NCBI GenBank assembly: GCA_032718475.1
Contig: JAUCBJ010005389.1
Location: 1 to 41,206 of the forward strand
DNA from: Nemertoderma westbladi
Taxonomy: Eukaryota > Animalia > Xenacoelomorpha
Length of the DNA: 41,206 nt
Direction of reading: 5' to 3'
The notes under the pieces are model-generated. The model did no database searches, had not been told where the DNA came from, and worked only from the letters and a program-made list of their open reading frames with translations. Made by a program: the position numbers and the translations under genes. This document shows positions 22,161 to 34,925 of this stretch, in pieces; position 1 is the stretch's first letter, and the number at the start of each line of letters is the position of its first letter.

Positions 22161-25100
22161 AAAATTGACGGAATCTTTTACTAAACTACAATCTGATATC
22201 ATTGGACTATTTCGATCTGTTAAAGCGAAGAAGAGTGTAAACAACAAGGATGAGGAACAAATCAACGATATGCTCATGAAGATGTCAGCCTTGTACACAA
22301 TTGTGTTTGACAAACTGGCAGCAGTCAGGGAAGAAACGATAGAATCTAAAAACGAATTTATCAAACATAAGATAGAAATGCAAACCAGACCTCTGTATTC
22401 GACACTTGCACAGGCCCATGTTCCTGTCACCAATCCGATGAATGACACTCAAACACGATACCTTCCTCACCAATCAGGTGTTAACCTAGCTCGCCCAGCA
22501 GGAACTTCCACTCACCCAGGTGTTCATTCCCAACGTCAATCACTCATCTCGCCTGCTGAAGTACTGGTACACCCAGCACCCGGGCCGCAATGCAATGAAC
22601 GCCATCCCATCATTAGAGGTAATCAGCAAGGTGGACTGCTTCGAGCTGCTGCGAGTCCCAAGTCCATCATCAATGATTCGACGAAGAGCACATATCCAAA
22701 TAGGACGCGTCAGCCTTGATGAGTCGGAAGAATCAGTGTCAGAATACATATCAACTCTGGCAATCTCGAACTGTGAAACACCTGCTCTCCAAGTATATCC
22801 TGAATCTATGGGCAGATCATTTCAACTATAGATTATCCAATGCTGAACGGACAAAGTTTGGTCTGCAACCAAGACAACAATTCTAATCCCAGGCTCCGTC
22901 TGGTGTACAAGATTGTGAAGACAATCACAATCAAATAAACCCGGAGAATTGACTAAACTTTACACTTTCTCTATGGAATGTTGAGGGGCTATCATACAGT
23001 ACAGTCGAACTTAATTAAACTCACACAAACTATTTGTAAATGCGGATGTGGTTCTTCTAACTGAAATGTTTCATACAAGTTCAACTCTAAAGAACTCGTC
23101 TTACTACTCTTTTGTACAACCTGCTGACAAACCAATTTGAGGGCGACCTTCCAGTGGACTTATACTTCTTTATAAACAATGCTTACCCGCATCTAATTTC
23201 ATCCTGCCCACAATACATTGTTGTTGAATCAGATGTAGTAGATGAATCACATTTATAGTTTAATACGTTCAACCCGACTGTCCAGTTGAAGAAGTGGTAC
23301 TAATATTAAATTATGCTTTAATGAAGGTCAACCCAAACAAAAACATAATTATTGGCGGCGACTTTAATTGCCAAATAGACTCAGGCGACAGGGGTTCCAA
23401 CCTCACCAATAGTCCCCATGATTTAGGGTTTAATTTACATAACAACAGTGCTCACACATACTACTCACCACAAGGAGAAAGTACTATAGATTTGTTTTAT
23501 ATCAGGCAAGGACTACCTGTACCTCAAATCTCAAACTCCACCATTTCCATTATTAATAATCCTATTCGAAAACATCATAAAGTGAACTTAAAGATAGATT
23601 TAATTGGGTATACTGTAGTAGTCCTCACTCGGAACAGAACAAGACGAAGAAAACTAGGAAACTAGATCCCAACCTATTTTGTGAACTTGGTTGACTCAGA
23701 CCTATATACATATCTGCTCAGCCAGAATAAGTTGAATGACAGTGCTGACATACTTACAGATGCATTGAACCAAGCAAGTCAGGCGTACCGTGAAAAGACT
23801 GTTAAACCAAACAAGGCATGGTTTGACGCTGAATGCAGTGAAAAGAAAGCTTCTCTTCTCACCCTGCTGGAGAATAGGAACAAATCCACTGTGGATAACC
23901 AACTCTACTGGACCCAACTTAAGATTTACATAGTCTTCTAGTTGTGAAAAGATCTGTTTACGAGGAGGCTTGTCTGGTGGAGAATACAGTAGGGGAGATA
24001 GAGCTGAAGTCATGGACGATTTTCCGTGATGTAAAACAGACCTCAGCAGCTCTAATAGATTCAACCAGATTGGAATCACACTTTAACAGCCTACTTAGAG
24101 CTAGCTGTCAAGGATCCGCCAAATATAGGACAAGTTCCATTACCGACACCGGAAGAAGAAGTCGCTGTTCAGTGGTATAATCAACCTACAGTATCACTGA
24201 AACTGAAGTTAAAGTAGCTATAAAACTATCATCGGATAAGAAGGCCAGTGGGACAGATGGTATATTCTATGAACATGTAAATTTTGCTGGTCCCCTAATC
24301 ACTATGTTAACTCTTTTATTCAACACTTGCCTGAATACTGGATCCATTCCTGTCAACTGGGCGATCAGTGTAATTAAAATTATATATAAAGGAAAAGGAG
24401 AAATGACGGATCACAACAACTATAGAGGAATTGCACTAATTTCTGTCGTCTATATACCATATACTGTATATACTAACGTCTTTATTTAAAAAAATGCGTT
24501 CAACGCAACGTATACCATTACCTGCCCATTGAACAATTTGGTTTTATCCCTGGAAAGTCAAGCCTCCAAGCAATCAGATTACTGCTAATGGATATTTCTG
24601 CTGCCTTAAGCTCAGCCAGTTGCTCAGATAAAAAGATGATCTACGTCGCCTTTCAGAATTTCAGAAAAGCCTTTGATGTTATCCACCGAGTGACTCTACT
24701 GATAAAGCTCTACAACCAGTTCGGAATAAAGGGTAAATGGTTCAATACAATAAAATCGATTCTCAATAACAACACCATTAAGGTTTTTGATGGTCTGCAT
24801 TTCTCACGGGCGATCACACATTTGCGTGGTAATCTACAAGGAGATTCGTTTTCTCCAACATGCTTGGTGATGTTTATAGGAGATCTAGAAACTGTACTCC
24901 ACCAAGTATCAGCTTATATAAAGTTTATCTTTCTTTGCAGACGACCTTGCTATATACTCGAAGCTGGATTAAAAATCTTTCGAATGAAATTATACCCCAT
25001 GACAACATACGCTTTCACCGAGATTGTTCGATACGATACCTAACCTTATCCAATTTAAAGGAAGTGGACAAGATTAAGACAAGATTTTTGAAACGACTTT

Positions 25101-25538
25101 TAGGCCTTCACATTAATGAGTCTTCCACTATGGCACTAATGGTGGTAGGTGCTAATTCCCACACTGAGGATATACTAGGACAGCACCCAAGCATCTTCAA
25201 ACCCGAAGTAATCGAACAGTATAAAATACATCGACTTGACAGACTCAACAACTTCAACTTACCCGGCTATCATCGGGCACCAGCATTTTGTTCTTCGAAT
25301 TGGAAGAAACCCAAACAGTCGAACAGGCATGTGGTTATCGAGCTGTCCTCCACTTGCTGCTCTGGCTTCCAAGAAATAATTAAACGAAATAACAAAAATC
25401 TATTAACATAGATCGACATATAATTAACTTTTAACCTTCCTGTTTTAACTTGATTTTTTTATGCAGCTAGTTTTCTAAATTTCGCAAATGTACACTGACA
25501 TATATTTTAATTTTAATTATTATTTGAAATAAAAAAAT
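22161..25538 (+). mobile_element. Degenerate LINE (ORF1 remnant plus APE-RT ORF2) with internal deletion and A-rich 3' end; clade uncertain
   Basis: ORF1-like coiled coil from 22165. Endonuclease SLWNVEGL (~22970), DVVLLTE, IIGGDFNC, STIDLF. RT WFDAEC, KKASGTDG, NYRGIALIS, NFRKAFD, GNLQGDSFSP, FADD at 24934-24945, then a jump to C-terminal DKIKTRFLKRLLGL. AATAAAAAAA at ~25528. Confidence 0.85.
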
Positions 25539-27083
25539 ACAATTTGCCCCGCGTGGGGGCGTATATAAAAAAAATAAATTCTACGTTACTTTTCAATGGC
25601 ATGAAGAATCCTCACAGGATTTACCACAGTCGTCAAGTTTAATTATAATCCTAATAATGCTATTTAATTAATGAAGAGCCCATATCTTAATGGAGAACCC
25701 ATTGATGTGTTCTCTGGAGTGGGGAATTTTTGGTCGGCAATCCTGCAATCATAATAATAAATAATATTAAATTAATAATACCGTACCGTAATGTAATAAC
25801 AAAATAAGTACCTGATAGTAATAAAATGTACTGTATTATATAAAGTGATAATATAAAATACATAAATAATAATAGTCCTAAGTAATTATAAAATAATGGA
25901 ATTTGTTGTGCATCTTTAAACAAATAATTTAATACATATAAACTAAATCACGCCACCTGATAATAAAGGACTCCAAAAGGACATAACGAAAGGGACTACA
26001 TAATTTATAAACACAAAAAATATAGAAAACAATTCATGAATGCAACAGATAATTGAGAAACTAATACCAGAAATAGATTCACCATAATTTTTTACCCCAG
26101 AACGTGTATGTTTATCATTAAAACTTGTTACCAGTAACAAAAACAACATGCTGAACATGGCCTTTGCTAGCGAAGTCTGGATTTACCATATGCCAGCAGT
26201 AAAGTACTGTACCGGTAGTAGGTTAACATGCAGACAGGTACCGGTACCGGTAATTAATAGGTGAATAATTAATTTTATCATAGACTACTATCATGCAAAC
26301 TGCAAACCTAGGCTGCTAGGCAGTTTATCTTAAAACATAGAAAATCGTTTTAGACGGTATTTCGGCTGTACCGGGTACAAGTTATAAGAAATTATACTGA
26401 ACAGTTCTGCAGTTCAGCCTCCATACTGCCATATGCTGATATGCCATAAATTATGACAGTATGAAGGCTGCAGCACGCTTCAGCGCTTGCAAGGCCTTTA
26501 TCACTATCAGTTTAGGCTATGTTTTAATGGGTTTAAGTTCAAATTTATAAATTAGGCCTATTCATTTAATCAAAGTTATATCTAGGCCTAGAGATATATT
26601 TACAGATCTAGGCCTATATAATCTGATAATAAAAAACCTTAAACAGTTAAAAACCTAATCAAAAAACGTAAACCTATTTTTTTTTCTGAAAAAACCTAGG
26701 TTTTTTCCACCCTGCTGCCCTCTGGCCCTGGCAGCCTGGGCTATCCACTATCACTATACTGCTACTGGTAGTGGTACTGCACTACCGGTAGGCCTACTAC
26801 TCTCCGACTGTACTACAGTACTAGGCCTATCAGACAGAACCGAAATTTTCTGAAGATAGGTAATTAATTTCTAATTTACATTTAGGCCTAACTGTTTAAT
26901 GTTTATCGTCATTTGAAAGGTAGGCCTATACAGACAGATATAGGCCTAATTATTATGCAGTTCCAGTTATGCTTTAGCTTTACAGCTTTAACCATCAAAA
27001 AAAGGTGGGTCTGAACTTTTTAAGAATTGCTAGCATTCTGGAATTGATATTACAGTAGGCCTATTGCTATTAGGCGTTAGGAT

Positions 27084-30000
27084 ATGGCGATGTTTCTTGT
27101 TAAAGCTGTCGGGTTAACCAGCACGGCGCTGATTGGTGTCGCGGGGTACCGCCAATACAAACGGTCGGGATGGATCGCGAAGTTATCAGACGAGGCCACG
27201 GTCTACGCAGCGAACGAGCGAAGCGAGATCCCCCACTACGAGCCTTTACCAACACGCGCCGCTCAGATATCGACGCTGCGATCCGACAAAATCTACGACG
27301 TGGTCGTAATCGGTGGCGGCGCCACTGGTTGCGGGGTGGCGTTAGACTCAGCCACTCGTGGATTATCCACCGTCCTCCTGGAGAAATACGATTTTTCCTC
27401 GGGGACCAGCAGTCGCAGCACTAAGTTGATACACGGGGGCGTCCGATACCTTCAGAAAGCGGTGTTCAACTTGGATATAGAGCAATACAAAATGGTGAGA
27501 GAAGCCTTACACGAGCGCGCTAATCTATGCAAAGTCGCGCCTCATCTCGCCTACCATCTACCTATAATGCTTCCCATTTATAAGTGGTACAAAGCGCCGT
27601 ACTTCTGGGCCGGAATTAAGGCCTACGACTTAGTCGCCGGTTCCCAGAAGTTACGTAGTAGCTACTATTTAAACTTCCAGCGAACGCTAGACGAATTCCC
27701 GATGTTATCCAAAGATAAACTAAAGTGTAGTTTAGTTTATTACGACGGCGCGCACGACGACGCTCGCACCAACGTCGCTTTGGCGTTGACCGCTGTGCGC
27801 AACGGAGCGGTTGCGTTGAACCACGCGGAAGTAACGCGTTTACATAAAACCGATCAGCGGCTATCCGGCGTCCGTTTTAAGGATAGTTTAACCGGGGAAG
27901 AGTTCACCATCCGCGCTCGTTGCGTTGTCAACGCGACCGGGCCGTTTACCGACTCAATCCGGTCGATGGATCGCCCGGAAGTTAAACCCATCTGTAAGCC
28001 GTCCTCCGGGGTTCACATCGTCCTCCCGGACTACTACAGCCCCGCGTCTATGGGGTTGTTGGACCCCGAGACAAGCGACGGACGGGTTATCTTCTTCCTC
28101 CCCTGGTTGGGTCGCACTATCGCGGGGACTACCGACACCGCCTGTCCCGTCGTAGACAACCCCGCCCCCGCCGAGGCCGATATCCAGTTTATTCTCTCGG
28201 AGATTCGGAATTATTTGAGTCCCGAGGTTCGGATACGTCGGGGCGACGTCCTCTCCGCCTGGTCCGGGATCCGCCCGTTGGTCATGAATCCTGCCAAAAC
28301 CGATACCCAATCCCTCGCCAGGAACCACATTATTGAGGTGCGGCCGGTTTTTATTTTCGCTTTTAATCTTTACCTATAAGTGTTTGACTTTTTGTTGATA
28401 CATAAAGTTTTAACAATAATAAACTCTATTGAATGACAAAGAAGGGAACTGAAAATTCTTTTTCTTAAGCGAAATTCAGATATTCTGCCCTCGTATGTTG
28501 AATTTTCCACTCTGATAGAATATTTTTGTATTCGCTAAACTGAAAATAAGTGAAATTGGAATGTTTTCCGATTACTTTATCGAATAATATTCCTTATTTA
28601 CCTACTTGCTATAGGCACTAGTGAGAATAGGACTTCTGATGCTATTTATTAGTTTTTTCATTATTATTTTTTATAGGAAAATATTCCCGAATTTAATTCA
28701 GAAACTCGTTAATAAAATAGTTTATTTATATAAATAACATTTATTTTCAACTTTTTATATCAAATTACATTATTTACCTATTAAATACTTATGGTACTTG
28801 TTCTGATTTTTTTCAGGTTTCTCCGTCCAATCTAATAACTATAGCCGGGGGTAAATGGACCACCTACCGGTCCATGGCCATGGAGACTATAGACAAAGCG
28901 ATAGAAGTCTGCGGTCTGAACCCCCGAGTGGCGCAGTGCCAGACAGACGGGCTGGTGCTGGAGGGCGGGGTGGGCTGGAGCCCCACCCTGCCGATACGAC
29001 TGGTCCAGACCTTCGGGTTGGACAGCGACGTGGCCAAACATCTGTCGGCCACGTACGGGGTCGGCGCGTACGAGGTGGCCCGCAAGGGGGCGCCCACTGG
29101 TCTCCACAGACCGGCTATTGGGATCCCTCTAGCGGCCGGCTTCCCTTACATAGAGGCCGAGGTAAGGAAACGTCTGGGTGATATAATCCCATTATAGTGG
29201 ATGTTTGAGGCGGGGAATTATGACCAGGTTACAGTGGCACCTTATTCTAACCAAAACAATAAACACAATGCATTTTTTCTCGTAACCACATTGTATTCCC
29301 CTAATGATGTGCCTACAGTATTTACTCGAATAAGATCCCGGGCGTTTAAGTTTATAAATGGCCAATTGGGGAGCCGTTTAAGTTCCAAGTTGTACATTAC
29401 CTATTACAGCGGTACAACACCCCAACTACATTTACCTTCAGTCTTAACAATCAGTTAATCAGGGTGTCTTGTATACCGGAATCGCGGCACCACACAAACC
29501 ATATCTTGTCACTAACTTTTTATTTAAATTATTATTATTTAACTAACAATTGATTTTATTTGCCTTTGTATATTTATTGATAACCCTTTTAATCTCTCTT
29601 AACACTTCGAACATGAATCTTTAATGAGTTTCATCACAAAGAAACCCACATTACAATAATAGAATAATAACAAATAAATGTTGCATTACTTAACTAAGTA
29701 TGAAAGGCGAGTTAAGAACAGCTGATAGTTAAGTCATGGAAAAAGCGCGAAAAGGCGCAATGAACGCGATCAATAATGAATGATAACTGATATTAATCAT
29801 TCTCTCTCCCCAGGTACGCCACGCTGTGGCTGAGTACGCCGCCACGGTTGTAGACGTTGTGGCGAGACGGACCCGTCTGGCGTTCCTGTCTACCGACGCG
29901 GCGGAGATGACGGTAGATAGAATAGCGGGAATAATGGGGGACGAGTTGGGATGGGATGCGAAGCGAACCAGAGAGGAAATAAAGAAAGCCAACGAGTTTA

Positions 30001-30362
30001 TTTACCTGGAGATGGGCGCCAAAACCAAAGACGTGGCCATGCAGTCGTTGCCGTTGAATCTAACCCCGACCGAGTTGAAGCATTACACCGAGAGGTTCAA
30101 CCACATCGACGGCCGTAACAAGGGCTACATAACGCTGGCGGATGTCCGGGGATTCCTGTATAGTTCCGGGCAGAGCGTCTCGGACGAGCAACTCATGCGG
30201 ATATTCGGCTCGGTTGATTTGAATCGGAACGGTTTGTTGGAACTCTCGGAGTTCCTCACCTTGGTTGTGGCCGTTAAAGGCGACTACGTGATGGCCAACC
30301 CGCTGTCTGCCGCCGTTATGCCGCCACAGTCCGGGGGCCCGAAGTCGCGAGGCTCCAAATAG
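27084..30362 (+). CDS. GPD2: Mitochondrial FAD-dependent glycerol-3-phosphate dehydrogenase with C-terminal EF-hands; exons 27084-28337, 28817-29161, 29814-30362
   Basis: N-terminal hydrophobic/basic leader; DVVVIGGGATGCG FAD motif; GTSSRSTKLIHGGVRYL; VNATGPFTD; AWSGIRPL. Splicing the phase-0 GT-AG introns gives NHIIE|VSPSNLITIAGGKWTTYRSMA and PYIEAE|VRHAVAEYA..ARRTRL. EF-hand loops DGRNKGYITLAD and DLNRNGLLELSE. Confidence 0.97.
28338..28816 (+). other. GPD2 intron 1
   Basis: gtgcgg...ttctgatttttttcag; removal restores the frame. Confidence 0.92.
29162..29813 (+). other. GPD2 intron 2
   Basis: gtaagg...tctctctccccag; removal restores the frame. Confidence 0.93.
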
Positions 30363-31480
30363 ATTTAATTTTAGGTATGTTTTTCTCACCAATATATTTA
30401 TATAACATTATTTTGTTCACAGCGAGTTTTATTGCGTTAAAAAAATCACAACAGAACAGATTCCACTTTGTCCCGGCGAGAATCCCAAGTTATTAATGTT
30501 ACTAATATTTAGTTATTTAATTTATTTATTTATTCGCTAAATAATAATAATCCAGCCAAATTCCCAATGTTTCCGACATCCTGAAAAACTCTCGTTGTCC
30601 TGCTGTTTATTATATTTTATATTAATTAATATTAACTAATATTAGTTAGTAAAGTTTAATTACCGATCATTTTAATCATAAATTTATTTAGTAAATAAAT
30701 CAACCGTCTTAATTTAGGCCAAAACATTTAGTTCGAAATAAGAGAGAAAATCTCTCGATAGATTTATAAATTAATAATATTTGGTATTAAATAGTATTTA
30801 TTAAATTGTACTTTAATAGCGGAGCCATTTATTGTATATATATTTTGGTATTAATATTTTTAATGTTGTTTCATTTCGCTTTGTAGTTAATAATATTGCA
30901 ATGTTTCGGTTTCCATATTTTCTAAACCAACTGTATAGTTTTTTTGTATTGGTTAGTTCTCTGTATTTCTTCTTTGTATTATTTGGTAACTAATAAGCTA
31001 ATTATATGGACTAATTAATATCCTTTGTTTACAGTAGGAATTCCAATTAAATATAATATTTTAGTTTAAGTTTTTGTTTGAGGCTTTAAGGGCGCCGTTT
31101 ATATAAAACAATTAAAAGGTTCAATTAATTCCGATAGGGAAATTATCCCCGACTGAGTTAATCCGGCAGTTACACTGACTCAAGGTTTGTTCCAAATCCG
31201 GGTTATTTGAATGTTCCCTAAAGACGACAGCTGTTTTTGTTTTATATAACCAGCGACGTAGACCAATAGAGTCTCAACCAAGAGTTCAAACCTACATGAC
31301 CTATTAACTGATTCAAAACAATGGATTAAAGTGGCGGGATGGTTGTGGGGGGGGGGGGGGGGGGGGGGGGGTACATATTGTTTAGAATCGATTTTTATAT
31401 GATTCCAAATCTGAAAACGCTTTGCAAGATCTCTTTTAGTTCTCGAGATATGGTTGACTGTATGTCGGGTCGGTCTGTAC

Positions 31481-32783
31481 TAGGGATGTGCCGGATTGAC
31501 TATTTTCAAACCGGCCAGGCCGGAGCCGGATTTGTAAAAAAATCCGGCCGGAATTCCTTGTATATATTACCACTTTTTTCCTTGAATCAGCTATATGGTA
31601 CCTTTATGCATGAACATAAATGGAGGGAGGGTATCATGTGGTCCTTTGGGCGTTAGGTCCTGCATTGATAGATAACGTGTTGGATCATTATCAGTAAGGT
31701 CATTGGTAAGGTCATAAGGAATTTGACTTGAATAAGAATTCAGAAGTAGATAAGTAAGTATATGTCAATTATCCCAACTAAACGGGACGAGAAGGGCGTT
31801 TTGCGTTGGTTGGCTGCAAATATGGGATCATTTACTAATTTACAAATACTTGTACATATATTTAGTATCACCAGCGTCTTCAATATATTCCGAGCGAATA
31901 TTTTTAGTGGTCTTTTCAGTATTTGATGAGAACCGCTCTCGTCTACTTCCGGATCGTGGAGAGAAACTAATATTTTTGTACCATAACCTACGCCGATTTG
32001 ATATAATGGATTGATTTGATAAATAAAGTGCAAATTGAAAAATAGAACGAAGTAATACAGTAAATATTCTTGGTAAAAAGTAGTAGGCCAGCTCAGCATG
32101 TAGATATAGTCATAAACTGATAGCCTTTAAACTGACTGCTTTTAGTCTTTTACAAACTATGAAAATAATTGTTTTGTATTGCATTGTATTTGGTTATGTT
32201 TAAATTTGGTTGAATTTAAAAGACAATTTATTTTGATGTTTTTTTTTCGGAAATTCACATTAATTGTAAATTTTGGCAACAATTGTTGAAATGGAAATCC
32301 GGCCGGAGCCGTAACCGGATTTTTTTCTCAAATTCCGGCCAGATATCCGGCACACCCCTAACAATTTGTATATGGCACGTGTATATGTATACGTGTACTA
32401 ATTCATTAAGTGTTAGTGAGGCTGAGCCCAACCAAATACAAATATCCATGGCAAAAAATAAGTCAGTCCGCCCAGCATGTCGATTGTAGATAGTCACAAA
32501 ATGATAGCTCTGCTTTACACTTTATCGTAATTCATAATATGAATAATGAAGATAATAATACAAATATCAAAAAAATTGTATTGTATTCCATTGTATTTGT
32601 TTATGTTTAAATTTGGTTGAATTAAAAAAATTTATTTGGATGTTTTTTTTGGACAATTTATATTAATTGTAAATGTTGTCAACAATTCGTTGAAATTGAA
32701 ATCCGGCCAAAAAATTGAAATCCGTCCGGAGCCGGAACCGGATTTTTTTCTCAAAATCCGGCCGGAAATCCGGCACAACCCTA
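31481..32783. mobile_element. Non-autonomous hAT-like element (TIR TAGGGATGTGCCGGAT) with a duplicated right end
   Basis: Left tagggatgtgccggat; right ends atccggcacacccta at 32360 and atccggcacaacccta at 32783. ccggccgga subterminal repeats. 32170-32360 resembles 32575-32783. No TSD seen. Confidence 0.7.
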
Positions 32784-32914
32784 GAAATTATAAATAAATG
32801 CTCAAAATGTATATTACAAATTTAACTATTTGAAACAGTATGCTTTTCAAAAGATTGTGACTTTTAAGCCAGTACAACCCCCCCCCCCCCCCACTATATT
32901 ATGCAGTATATAAA

Positions 32915-33277
32915 CAGGATTGCCACTCACCTGGAAAATCTGGAATAGTCTGGGAATTTCATTTTATCTTGAAATGCCAGGGAATTGTTTTAAAAAATTG
33001 AACAATTCTTGGAAAAGTCAGTAAATGTGTCATACCTTCATAAAAGCAAAATGTGTAAAACTTTCTCTGCTCGCTTCTCTCGCCATTTCCTCACATCACT
33101 AAATATATAGGTGCACTCTAACCATTTAAGTTTGTTTTGACTATTATAAAGGTGGCCAATATACTATTATACTATATTCTATAAAAATGTTGTGTACCTG
33201 CCTGCAGTCAGGGAATTTTTCAAAGTCAGGAAATATCAGGGAAAATTGAAACTGAACTAGCTAGAGTGGCAACCCTG
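32915..33277. mobile_element. MITE with TIR CAGG(A/G)TTGCCACTC
   Basis: caggattgccactc ... gagtggcaaccctg, internal cagggaa repeats, ataaa on both flanks. Confidence 0.8.
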
Positions 33278-34434
33278 ATAAAATTTGGTGACCCTTTGCT
33301 TTTAATGTTCATTCACTACGCTATGCACATAGTTTCTACGTATTTATTTCTATTTTTTACTATGTTTAGTTATTATCACTTTTATATGTTTTTAGAGTTT
33401 TCTGTGTTATCTACAAATAGTTTCAGTTTAGGAAATTACCTGGTCCTATATGTCTGTATTATTTAACGCTGCGAGATATTTCTATAATACAAAAAAATAT
33501 AGGAACTGCGGGTCATTAATTGTTTTCATTTTGTAACATTTCTTGAAATTTCGTCTACACATCGTGGATCCTTTGAGCGGCGCGTTCGTGGTATATAATA
33601 CTAGTGTTTAAACGGGATCCCGATCCCGAAAAACCCGGATCCCGGCAAAATATGCAATCCCGGTCCCGATCCCGACTTTTTTTTCGAACGGGATCCCGAA
33701 GTATAAATAGTTAGTAAATTTTTTGAATATCTGAGAAATATTTCCATCAGAACGGAAATTTATTGATTATATCGAATTTTTATTTCAGTAAACCACACAG
33801 TAATCAATTGCAAAATAATTTTAATATAACTTTATCTTATTAATATTTCAGAAGAGTAAGGGTCAAGGTCATAGTGTCTCACGGCGTGTGAAATTTATAG
33901 AAGTCTGTAACTTTTGAACCAGTGAACCAAATTTAATAATTTATAGTTCATTTTAATGATCTTGATAAACACTACAACATAGATAAAATCCAACATTTTC
34001 TACGCATAACTATACGTCTGTATTCATCCCCTTGGGGTGATCTTATGTAGACCTAAGCTTTTTTTACCATCTCGTATTCCACGCACTGTCACTATTGATT
34101 GGAGCTGCCTGATGTGTCAAGTACATGTTACTTAGAAAGCTGAGATGCCAGGCTTTCTTCTAAACATAATATCCGCCCAAATAAATAAAATGTCGGTGGT
34201 GTGTTGCATGGGTGAATGTTGTTTACCAAAAGTGACCATAATACGTAATTTCTGTTGGAATCTTGGAAGAGGGATTATTCACAAATTCCCACAACAAAGC
34301 CCTGAAAGTTATATTTCTTCTGAAACCCCATACATCTGTGGTTATTAAATTTATCACCCTGCACCTCCACATATCATCTTATTGATTTTCCATCGCTCTA
34401 AATACAGTGATTCACGAATTTTATATAAATACAT

Positions 34435-34699
34435 TGTAGACCGTGAATCAAATTTAAAATACCATATTTCTGAAAACAGCTGATCGTGAATATATTGGTT
34501 CATGGTTTCAATATGAACTGAGCACCATAGGTTTCATTTTTAATAACAATTGTTTATATAGCCAATGTATTTGTATTGGCCCTGCGTGACAAGGTATGTA
34601 ATCATGAGACAAACATTGTAGACCGTGAAACTGAATACCGTGAACACTTCTCAGAAGCAATGGGTCATGGTAGTCATTTATCTGATTCATGGTCTACAA
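34435..34699. mobile_element. Small inverted-repeat element (tgtagaccgtgaatc / gattcatggtctaca)
   Basis: ~32-bp imperfect inverted repeat; the same motif recurs at 34616, ~37100 and ~37185. Confidence 0.5.
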
Positions 34700-34925
34700 A
34701 ATGCATGTAGGCTAACTATGGAGAGGCAAATTAAAAGTGAAACTTTTGTATTCTACTTAACGTATTGTAGTAGTGAATTCTTACTTAATTGTACATATGT
34801 ACGTGTCATGAATAGCGCTGAAGATGTTTTCAACTACTGTAAGGACAGCAAAGAACTGACTAATTGTTGTAATTTCTTGTACATATCAAAGAACCAAATT
34901 GATACTGAATTAGCGTCACTTTAAC

